Positions 56,524 to 64,000 of a stretch of 64,000 nt of DNA are shown here, in pieces. A program made the translations under genes and the position numbers. The notes under the pieces are model-generated. The model searched no databases, was not told the DNA's origin, and saw only the letters and a program-made list of their open reading frames with translations. Each line of letters begins with the position of its first letter. Positions within the stretch are counted from its first letter, which is position 1. This stretch comes from an uncultured Candidatus Saccharibacteria bacterium (GTDB lineage: Bacteria > Patescibacteriota > Minisyncoccia > Phycocordibacterales > UBA5272), in contig CAZUPO010000001.1 of NCBI GenBank assembly GCA_964621595.1, forward strand, positions 78,758-142,757. Reading direction: 5' to 3'.

Positions 56524-58050
56524 TTAATGTGAGCCAATCCATTTCTGTTTACCTTTTAAAGAAAAGTGGGTTTCGTCTCCATATTTATAAAAAACTAACT
56601 TTGGATATACACGAGATCCTATTGTCTCATAAAGTTTCTTGTATTCACTACTCTGTTTAAGTAAAGTTGTATGGATATCTTTTAAAACCTGATTTTTGGT
56701 TTTTGAATTCACAGTAACATTCCTCTTTAGTTCCAAGTTGATTTCTAAATATTGATTTTCATTTTTATCATTTTTTGTAAACATAGTAAACTTTCCAGTA
56801 GTAATCTGACTAGAAATCTTTGAAGCAAGGCCTTTTTTTATATACTCCGGGTAAACAAGGGCCCCGTACAAAGTTGTAGAGAAATCTGATCTTTCGTATA
56901 CATACACAAAGGGTAATTCAGTGATGGTATCTTCTAGGCCTGTTTTTTTTATCTCTTCCTTAATATCAACCCCTGCGTTTATACATGCTTTTAGCACATC
57001 ATTAAAAGAAAGTACCCCGCCCTGATCTCCTATGTCGTATCTAACCAACGGAAGAGCATTATCTGCTGTGCATAAAATAACACCCGTAGGCGCTTCGAAA
57101 TTTATAAAGTCTGGAATATACTGAGCAAATGTTGGTAATCTGTTAGCTTGATTAAACAAATTACTATATAATTTTTTATTCTTGACGGCGAGTCGTCTTA
57201 ATAAAATTGTTAGCGGCGTTTCTTGAGCCATACTTCCAAGTTCGGCACTACCATAGATATTCATCATATCTCTGTACATATTTTTGATACCCATTTTTTT
57301 AGTAATATATTCTCGAAAACTCTCAGAAAAAGACTCCGCGGCGAAGATGACTTTAATTGAATATTTTTTCCAAAAAACATTACTGAACTGTGCTTCATCA
57401 GCAAGATCTTTAATAAACGGTGGATAGCCACATATAATAATATGATCAAAAAAACTACCGAGACTTTTGATTGCCTGATAAATTTCTGCCTTGTTGATTC
57501 CTGGGGTAATAATTGTTACGGGGAACCCTCGCTCCCCCATATGTTTGAAGGCTTGATATGTAATCAACCCACCAATCCATACCCCCATACCGAAACAATC
57601 GATAACCAGGGTTGATTCTTTTTTTTTGATTCTAGAAATTTGGAAAAAAAGTTGATGGGAAACAGACGACTGTAAATCAATTTTCTCAACTCTAGGAAAA
57701 TAAAAAGGTGTGCCCGTAGAACCTGATGTTGCTGTTAAGACTAGTGATTTTTTTTGAAAAACTTTTTTTTTGCACAAATCAACCCATTTGTAAAGACGAA
57801 GAAAATTTTTTTTACTAAAGGATGGAGTTTTGTCTATTTTGAGTTTTTTTATATTTACACCCGACTTGATAAGAAAATCTTTATAGACTGGTATATTCTT
57901 CGATGTTTCTTGTAGGATTTTATTGAGTCTTTTACTTTGAATCGCAGACCAACTTTCGCTTTTTAAAATAAAAAGTGAGTTTACATAGTCATTATATATT
58001 CTAGATGACTCTTGTGACGATTGTGTACCAGGTAAAACGGGGGTGGCCAT
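56524..58050 (-). CDS. adenylate-forming enzyme, phenylacetate-CoA ligase (PaaK) / coenzyme F390 synthetase / CapK family
   Basis: TSGSTGTPF P-loop variant characteristic of the PaaK/F390 subgroup of ANL enzymes; 508 aa. Confidence 0.6.
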   Translation of the reverse strand: MATPVLPGTQSSQESSRIYNDYVNSLFILKSESWSAIQSKRLNKILQETSKNIPVYKDFLIKSGVNIKKLKIDKTPSFSKKNFLRLYKWVDLCKKKVFQKKSLVLTATSGSTGTPFYFPRVEKIDLQSSVSHQLFFQISRIKKKESTLVIDCFGMGVWIGGLITYQAFKHMGERGFPVTIITPGINKAEIYQAIKSLGSFFDHIIICGYPPFIKDLADEAQFSNVFWKKYSIKVIFAAESFSESFREYITKKMGIKNMYRDMMNIYGSAELGSMAQETPLTILLRRLAVKNKKLYSNLFNQANRLPTFAQYIPDFINFEAPTGVILCTADNALPLVRYDIGDQGGVLSFNDVLKACINAGVDIKEEIKKTGLEDTITELPFVYVYERSDFSTTLYGALVYPEYIKKGLASKISSQITTGKFTMFTKNDKNENQYLEINLELKRNVTVNSKTKNQVLKDIHTTLLKQSSEYKKLYETIGSRVYPKLVFYKYGDETHFSLKGKQKWIGSH

Positions 58051-58159
58051 ATATTTAAAGTCTTACTATTCTATAACTATTTCTAAGTTTTGTATAGTTA
58101 AATGACTGTTTATTTTTCTAATAGGTCAATCTCTCAGTGAATTAAATTTTATAACACTT

Positions 58160-60106
58160 TTACCCCAATAATGCGTAATCGATGAGGCGTAGTTCGAGGT
58201 TTGCATTTTTTACTTGTATACGGACTGGGGTGCCTATCTTGTACTCAATCCCTGTTCTTTCGCCAAATACTCGTCCCCCTTTTTGATCGTATACATAAAA
58301 ATCATTTCCAAGGTCGCGCAACTTCACCATACCCTCACACTTACTCTTCTTTTCTTCGACATAGATTCCCCACTCGGAAACGCCGGTTACCATTCCTTCG
58401 AACTCTTGCCCTATGCGATACGACATATACTCAACCTGCTTATACTTGATACTTCCACGCTCTGCGTCAGAGGCTTCTTTTTCTCGACGTGATGCTTTGA
58501 CACACAATGATTCATAGAGTCCGCGCTCTTCAACATTTGGATATTTGTCTTCGACTACTTGCATGAGGAGTCGATGAGTAAGGACATCTGGATAGCGACG
58601 AATAGGAGATGTGAAGTGAGAGTAGAAAGAAAATGCAAGGCCATAGTGACCAATGTTTTTTGTGCTATACACCGCCTTTGCCATCGAGCGAGTAATGTGA
58701 ACCTGCAGAAGTGCTTTCTCAGGTCTATCCCCCATCTTCTCAAGAAGCGCATTTAGATCCTGTGATGGTATGAGACCGTCTGTAAAACGCACATGATACC
58801 CAAGACCACGTATGTAGAGATCAAGTTCATGCATACGATCAGGATCTGGCTTGTCGTGAATACGATACACGCACACCGCATTTCCTTCGCCATTCTTTTT
58901 CTCCTGCATTTCTGTAATGTACTTGCTAACATATTTGTTTGCTAAAAGCATGAACTCCTCGACAAGTTTGTGTGTGTCCCCTCGCTCTTTTGTATAGACA
59001 TCTACCGGCACACCCTTCTCGTCTAACTTAAATTTAACTTCTTGCGTTTCGAGTTGAAGTGCGCCATGTGCAAAACGCTCTTTCGTAAGATTCTTCGCAA
59101 TCTTGTTCAAGATGTTTAACTCTTCGTAGAAGTCACCGTTGTGGGTGTCTAGGGTTGTTTGCGCATCCTCGTAGGTGTATCGACGATGTGAGTTAATAAG
59201 TGAACGCCCGTACCACTCATTGTACACTTTACCCGCATCATCGATCTCAAGTACACATGACATAACAAGTCGATCTTCCCCTTGCACCAAAGAACATAAA
59301 TCATTTGAGAGAACTTCTGGAAGCATAGGAATGCAGCGATCAACGAGATACACACTTGTCTCGCGTGCTATGGCTTCTTCATCAAGAGCAGTACCTGGGC
59401 GAACATAGTAAGAAACATCTGCGATATGAATACCAACTTCGTAATGACCATTATCTAGCTTTTTGAACGATAGGGCATCATCAAAATCCTTCGCATCAAG
59501 CGGATCAATGGTAAATGTTGGTATAGAGCGAAAATCACGACGACCTTGTTTGTCTTCCTCGGTAATACCACGCTTTTTTATAGTTTCAGCCTCTTCATTG
59601 ACTTGCTTGCCATGTTCATCACTGAAGCCACGCTCAAGGGCGTACGCAAGCATTTCTGCATCATTCTCTCCGGGGTGCCCGAGGACGAACGCAACTTCCC
59701 CGATTGGAGACTTCTTTGCATCTTTCCAGTCAGTGATACGTGCCACAATCTTCATCCCCGGTGCAGCGTCGTGAAGAGCATCATGTGGAATGAGTATATC
59801 TGTATACATGCGTTTGTCATCGGGAACGAGGAAATACATCCCGTTATCTGCTTCGAGAATACCGGCGTATCCATGCTTGTTACGCTCAACGATACTTGTG
59901 ACAGTTCCGTAAAGTTCATCTTCGCCGCGGAGATTTTTCTTCTTACCAAATATTTCAACTTCAACAATGTCGTGATGTAATGCAGTATGCAAGTGACTGT
60001 GGTCAATGAAAATAGCACCCTCACCATTTTCCATGAGGTCGGCTACTCGCACGTAACCATCTTTTTTTGATGTAATACTTATTTGCCCTGTATGACGGTG
60101 ATCCAT
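58160..60106 (-). CDS. rnr: ribonuclease R (RNB family 3'-5' exoribonuclease) with C-terminal S1 domain
   Basis: 648 aa; N-terminal cold-shock-like region, central RNB domain, C-terminal S1-like beta-barrel (GMVTGVSEWGIYVEE...). Confidence 0.8.
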   Translation of the reverse strand: MDHRHTGQISITSKKDGYVRVADLMENGEGAIFIDHSHLHTALHHDIVEVEIFGKKKNLRGEDELYGTVTSIVERNKHGYAGILEADNGMYFLVPDDKRMYTDILIPHDALHDAAPGMKIVARITDWKDAKKSPIGEVAFVLGHPGENDAEMLAYALERGFSDEHGKQVNEEAETIKKRGITEEDKQGRRDFRSIPTFTIDPLDAKDFDDALSFKKLDNGHYEVGIHIADVSYYVRPGTALDEEAIARETSVYLVDRCIPMLPEVLSNDLCSLVQGEDRLVMSCVLEIDDAGKVYNEWYGRSLINSHRRYTYEDAQTTLDTHNGDFYEELNILNKIAKNLTKERFAHGALQLETQEVKFKLDEKGVPVDVYTKERGDTHKLVEEFMLLANKYVSKYITEMQEKKNGEGNAVCVYRIHDKPDPDRMHELDLYIRGLGYHVRFTDGLIPSQDLNALLEKMGDRPEKALLQVHITRSMAKAVYSTKNIGHYGLAFSFYSHFTSPIRRYPDVLTHRLLMQVVEDKYPNVEERGLYESLCVKASRREKEASDAERGSIKYKQVEYMSYRIGQEFEGMVTGVSEWGIYVEEKKSKCEGMVKLRDLGNDFYVYDQKGGRVFGERTGIEYKIGTPVRIQVKNANLELRLIDYALLG

Positions 60107-60163
60107 ATGTTACCTAAAGTAACTCATAGTGTAGCACATGTATTGTAATAAATTGACATGTTG

Positions 60164-60192
60164 ATGTATTTATTATAGTGTTTTCATAACCA
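60164..60192 (+). promoter_or_regulatory. sigma70-like promoter for high-GC gene 60210-60644
   Basis: TTGACA -35, TATAGT -10 candidate 15-16 nt downstream; GGAGG Shine-Dalgarno 7 nt before ATG. Confidence 0.35.
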
Positions 60193-60209
60193 ACATTCTG
60201 GAGGCCTCC

Positions 60210-60644
60210 ATGGCCACATTGTACCTGTTTCAAAATCTCATGCGGCATAAAGAAGCCCTCATGCACGTGAGAATGTTTGACCCGGGCGTTCTCTGGAGCG
60301 GGATGATGGAGCGCATCGGGGCGGATCCGTCCGACCTATCGCCGGCACTCATCGTTGGAGATACCGACGACGATGCACATCGCACCGTGCAGAACAATGG
60401 CGGGAAGACGGTCGAGACGAAAGAACCTATCAAGTTCTTCCGCTTCGATACCATGGCACTGCGCGACGAGGTGCGTGAGCGGATCACGAAACTTCGTCCG
60501 CCTGTGCTCTGGAGCGGAATGATGGAACCGGCGCAAGTCGATGGCGATCCAGACCATTCCCCGGTCCTCCTCGTTAGCGATTCGGTGACCGCCTTCATGT
60601 GCGCAAACGGTGGCGGCACCGAAATCAGGGACGCAGAGATCTGA
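60210..60644 (+). CDS. high-GC small protein with internal VLWSGMME repeat (unknown function)
   Basis: 144 aa ORF in ~60% GC DNA with own promoter-like, SD and strong terminator; duplicated motif (P)VLWSGMME(R/P). Confidence 0.5.
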   Translation: MATLYLFQNLMRHKEALMHVRMFDPGVLWSGMMERIGADPSDLSPALIVGDTDDDAHRTVQNNGGKTVETKEPIKFFRFDTMALRDEVRERITKLRPPVLWSGMMEPAQVDGDPDHSPVLLVSDSVTAFMCANGGGTEIRDAEI

Positions 60645-60657
60645 CGGCACCCCTCCT

Positions 60658-60693
60658 CCCGCTTGAGAAGCCCGGCTTCTTGAGCGGGTTTTT
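60658..60693 (+). terminator. Rho-independent terminator
   Basis: CCCGCTTGAGAAG-cccgg-CTTCTTGAGCGGG + TTTTT. Confidence 0.65.
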
Positions 60694-60709
60694 CATTTCT
60701 CTTCAATCT

Positions 60710-62938
60710 CTACGCAACCATTTGCTCGGCCTGTTTGAAATCAATCGAAAGTAAACGACTAGCACCATCGACACCAATTGTTACTCCATAGAGCATATCG
60801 CAATGGCTCATAGTTTCGCGATTATGGGTAATGATGAGTAATTTACTATGCTCTGCTAAGCGACGAAGCATAGCACCATACTTGCGGGCATTTGACTCAT
60901 CTAGTGGGGCATCTGTTTCATCGAGTACCATAAATGGTGGTGGTGTTATCGAAGACATCGCAAAAAGAAGTGCAATAGAAACAAGTGCACGTTCGCCACC
61001 AGAGAACATATTTATTTCTTTTACCTTTTTATTCGGAAGAGTCACATCGATCTCAATACCCTGCTCGTGAATTTCCTTTCCCTCTTCGTCAATTTTTGTA
61101 AGTGTTATGACACTGAGTTTACCCTTGCCACCAACAAATACTTCCGCGAAAAATTCACTAAATACTTTGGATACCTGGGCCACACCAGATGAAAACTTTT
61201 CTGTGAGAGTTTTCTCCAAATCATCTACTAAGGTGAGAAGTTTTTCTTCGGATGACTTTATGTCCGCCAACTCTTTCAAGAGATACTCGTCTCGTTCTTT
61301 GGTCGTCTTATACTCCTGAATGATTTCATCTCTATTAGGAACACTAGCTTCCTCAATACGAAGTTTGGATCGCTCAATTGCACGTAAAAGATCATGCTTT
61401 GGAATTGTTTTGTACTTTTCTTCACTCTGCTCTTGGTGGTACGCTGTAATACTACGACCAACGATCATAATACCCTCCTGAAGAAGACTCTCGAAATGCT
61501 GCTTGCGAAGTGCATGCTCGCCCTCTTCTTGCTTGCGAAGTGCAATAACGCTCTCAAGTTCTCGTAATTTACTTTCCAACTTCATCACCTTCTTTTCCTC
61601 TTCATGACGAGAAGAAATAGTTTCCTGAGAAGCTTGATCAAGTGACTCTATCTTACCTTGAACAAACGTGATTTCGTTATTGATATCTCCACTTCGTTTT
61701 TCATGATCTTTGATATTCTCGCTGAGTAAATCGATGTCGTGCTTGATTGCATCTTTATTGATTTTTCCTGCGTCAGCATACTTAGAAAAAAATGTTTTAG
61801 AAATACCCTGCAATTGAGTGGCGTGATCTTGTGCATGTTCATGATCACCACTTAGAATGGAAGAGTGGATGCGTTCAGTGTGATCTTCTATTTTTTCTTT
61901 TACTTCAGTGAATTCGCCGCGTGGAATAGTGATATCGTGTATAACATCTTCTTCATGGAACTGCTTCTCCAGGTAGGATCTCTCCGCTTCTAGTCGACCA
62001 AGTGTTTTTAGCATTTGATCTTTGCGTTCAATGAGAGAACGAAGTTCCGCTTGGAGTGTATATTTCTCCTGCGAAGACATCTCTTCGACATTAGGCTTTT
62101 TTTCTTTAAGAATTTGTAACTCTTTTCGTATTGAATCAGTAACCAAAAGAAGAGATGAGGATGTGCCCTGCTCACGGATGCGCTCATCAAGGAGATGTAA
62201 CTCCTCTTCTTCACGTGTAAGGTATGCAACGAGAAGCCTGTGTAAATTTTTTCTTTCTTCTTCTTGGGACTCGATTTTTTTCACCTGGCGCTCGAGAAGT
62301 AAGAGGTGGGGTTTTATCTCAGTGCGCAAGAGTTCTACTTCACGAACATGGATTTTTACCCGCTCTAGTTTACGCTTACTCTCATTCAGGCGCATATGGT
62401 AGACACGTAGACCAAGCGCATCTTCTATGGCTTCTTTCTTGTCGCGTGGAGATGCCAAGAGTATTCTATCCGCCTCCCCCTGGGATACAAGAGTATGAGC
62501 ACTGCTCCCAATCCCCGCAAACGAGAGCAACTCTTGAACATCCTTAAGACGAATTTTTGCTTCATTTAAAAGATAATCACTTGTCCCATCACTATAAATG
62601 ACTCGTGAGAGCGTAAGTTCATCATACACAAGAAACGGTGCGAGTTCTTCACTTGCATCTCGTGTATCACCTCTCTCACGGTTATCGATAACCATGGTGA
62701 CACTAGCACGAGAGAGAGAAGAGAGATGCTCTGAGCCTTTGAAGATCACATCGGTGCTGGCTTTTCCACGCATACTCTTCATCGATTGCTCACCCAGAAC
62801 AAAACGTATTGCTTCAGCGATGTTGGATTTACCAGAACCGTTTGGACCGACAACACCAGTAACTCGATGAGTAACATCGATTGTAGTTTTCTTGGCAAAG
62901 GATTTGAACCCTTGGATAGTTATATGTGAGAGACGCAT
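60710..62938 (-). CDS. smc: SMC-family chromosome partition ATPase (short, ~742 aa)
   Basis: N-terminal Walker A VVGPNGSGKSNIAEAI, long coiled coils, C-terminal LSGGERALVSIALLFA signature + Walker B FMVLDETDAPLD. Confidence 0.7.
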   Translation of the reverse strand: MRLSHITIQGFKSFAKKTTIDVTHRVTGVVGPNGSGKSNIAEAIRFVLGEQSMKSMRGKASTDVIFKGSEHLSSLSRASVTMVIDNRERGDTRDASEELAPFLVYDELTLSRVIYSDGTSDYLLNEAKIRLKDVQELLSFAGIGSSAHTLVSQGEADRILLASPRDKKEAIEDALGLRVYHMRLNESKRKLERVKIHVREVELLRTEIKPHLLLLERQVKKIESQEEERKNLHRLLVAYLTREEEELHLLDERIREQGTSSSLLLVTDSIRKELQILKEKKPNVEEMSSQEKYTLQAELRSLIERKDQMLKTLGRLEAERSYLEKQFHEEDVIHDITIPRGEFTEVKEKIEDHTERIHSSILSGDHEHAQDHATQLQGISKTFFSKYADAGKINKDAIKHDIDLLSENIKDHEKRSGDINNEITFVQGKIESLDQASQETISSRHEEEKKVMKLESKLRELESVIALRKQEEGEHALRKQHFESLLQEGIMIVGRSITAYHQEQSEEKYKTIPKHDLLRAIERSKLRIEEASVPNRDEIIQEYKTTKERDEYLLKELADIKSSEEKLLTLVDDLEKTLTEKFSSGVAQVSKVFSEFFAEVFVGGKGKLSVITLTKIDEEGKEIHEQGIEIDVTLPNKKVKEINMFSGGERALVSIALLFAMSSITPPPFMVLDETDAPLDESNARKYGAMLRRLAEHSKLLIITHNRETMSHCDMLYGVTIGVDGASRLLSIDFKQAEQMVA

Positions 62939-63042
62939 AGAAACTAGTAAGATGTATTAGTAATGAAGGAAAAGGACTTCCCTTACAACGCTGTACATCA
63001 AAATACTTACGTCAGTGTATCACGGAGTGCTGGTAACTTTAT

Positions 63043-63519
63043 TCACAAACCCTGTAGAAAGATATATATCGCCCGGAACATATAATGCGCTACAATTACC
63101 CCGACGAAGATACCTGCGATGATGTCCTTATAGTCATGAACCTTCAACCTAACTCGAGCAAATACGATAATCACTGACATAAGAATAACCGCCCAGAAAA
63201 TAGGATAACCCTGCAGATAGGTACTATAGGAAATGGAAGCAAGACCCGTTGCATGTCCTGATGGAAATGCGTATACATCGTGTGAAGAAAAAACTCTCTC
63301 TGCACTACGAGGTTTGCGCACAAGGTACTTTATTACACTGGTACAAAGAAGGGCGAGGAGTGTACTTGTACCTGCCGCAATAATAAATAGTGCAGCTTCT
63401 CGTGCAGATGACGTAAAGAGCGCATTTGCACTCACCACTATAGGAACAAACCATACAAGACGCTTTGCGCTATAAGAAAAAATAGTTTTCTTCATACTAT
63501 CTACACAATAATACCACAT
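63043..63519 (-). CDS. PAP2-family membrane phosphatase (BcrC/PgpB-like, candidate undecaprenyl-diphosphatase)
   Basis: KYLVRKPRS (KxxxxxxRP), PSGH, SRVRLKVHDYKD (SRxxxxxHxxxD) acid-phosphatase motifs; 4-5 TM. Confidence 0.65.
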   Translation of the reverse strand: MWYYCVDSMKKTIFSYSAKRLVWFVPIVVSANALFTSSAREAALFIIAAGTSTLLALLCTSVIKYLVRKPRSAERVFSSHDVYAFPSGHATGLASISYSTYLQGYPIFWAVILMSVIIVFARVRLKVHDYKDIIAGIFVGVIVAHYMFRAIYIFLQGL

Positions 63520-63545
63520 CGCATATATGCTAAACTCTAGAGATT

Positions 63546-64000
63546 ATGACGTTACTACACACTATCATACTTGGAATTGTCGAAGGACTTACAGAATTTT
63601 TGCCAGTATCCTCTACTGGTCATATGATACTTGTGTCACATTTTTTGCATATCCCAGAGGATGTCGCTCTAACGACGTTTGAAATCGCAGTGCAAGTCGG
63701 TGCGATTCTTGCTGTTGTTGTGACCTACTATAAAAAACTTTTTGATATAGAGATGATCAAAAAGTTAATCCTAGCATTCATACCTACTGGCGTGGTTGGT
63801 CTTTTTGTTTTCCCATACATCAAAAACTTACTAACCTCCCCAATCATTGTTGCATCTATGCTTGTTCTTGGTGGACTATGCATCATTATCCTGGAACACA
63901 GATACGAAAAACAAACTGAGGAAGGAAAAATTATTGAGATTTTTAATCTGTCATATAAAAATGCTTTCATCCTTGGAGTACTTCAATCTCTGGCGATCAT
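63546..64000 (+). CDS. uppP: undecaprenyl-diphosphatase UppP/BacA, 3'-truncated at window edge
   Basis: Manual translation: MTLLHTIILGIVEGLTEFLPVSSTGHMILVSHF... = BacA motif (E/Q)xxxE...PxSRSG; open to end of window. Confidence 0.8.
   Translation, partial: MTLLHTIILGIVEGLTEFLPVSSTGHMILVSHFLHIPEDVALTTFEIAVQVGAILAVVVTYYKKLFDIEMIKKLILAFIPTGVVGLFVFPYIKNLLTSPIIVASMLVLGGLCIIILEHRYEKQTEEGKIIEIFNLSYKNAFILGVLQSLAI

Overview
This is a low-GC (about 38-40% by eye) bacterial chromosomal segment that is gene-dense and dominated by housekeeping genes. The gene content looks like a reduced-genome, possibly CPR/Patescibacteria-like organism. That taxonomic reading is an inference from the inventory (archaeal-type GH57/GH15/bifunctional PGI-PMI, short RF2, short SMC, DUF167) and is not verified.

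What is present:
- Housekeeping genes: dnaX, dus, serS, ftsEX, prfB, rarA, trmD, rpsP, RNase R, an SMC-like ATPase, uppP and a PAP2 phosphatase.
- Five tRNAs: Ala-UGC, Pro-GGG, Gln-CUG, Thr-CGU and Thr-GGU.
- A plus-strand alpha-glucan/hexose operon (glycogen-synthase-like glycosyltransferase, GH57, GH15, PGI/PMI, ROK glucokinase).
- An alternative oxidase.
- A CHASE2-domain adenylate cyclase.

Two loci stand out as possibly undescribed systems:
1. A roughly 10-14 kb minus-strand operon of secreted or membrane-anchored surface proteins (20656-34283). It contains a cohesin-like protein, a dockerin-bearing protein, a DUF916-like anchored protein and three tandem paralogs that all end in YVATANF. 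One of the paralogs is 1094 aa with five internal repeats, and two of them share a 125-nt tract that is identical at the nucleotide level.
2. A co-directional minus-strand operon (50022-58050) encoding a PaaK/F390-synthetase-like adenylating enzyme, a ThiF/E1-like protein and a two-domain nitroreductase, followed by two paralogous 7TM histidine kinase / receiver-only response regulator pairs.

Several small high-GC islands (about 55-60% GC) interrupt the low-GC backbone: 11200-11780, 41590-43040, 45100-46050 and 60180-60710. Each carries small ORFs, and all but the first are bracketed by GC-rich hairpin terminators. One island holds two diverged tandem paralogs of an unrecognised family.

Two tRNA loci (Ala, Gln) are followed about 145 bp downstream by direct repeats of their own 3' ends, which looks like integration/excision scars. 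I saw no rRNA, CRISPR array, transposase or integrase.
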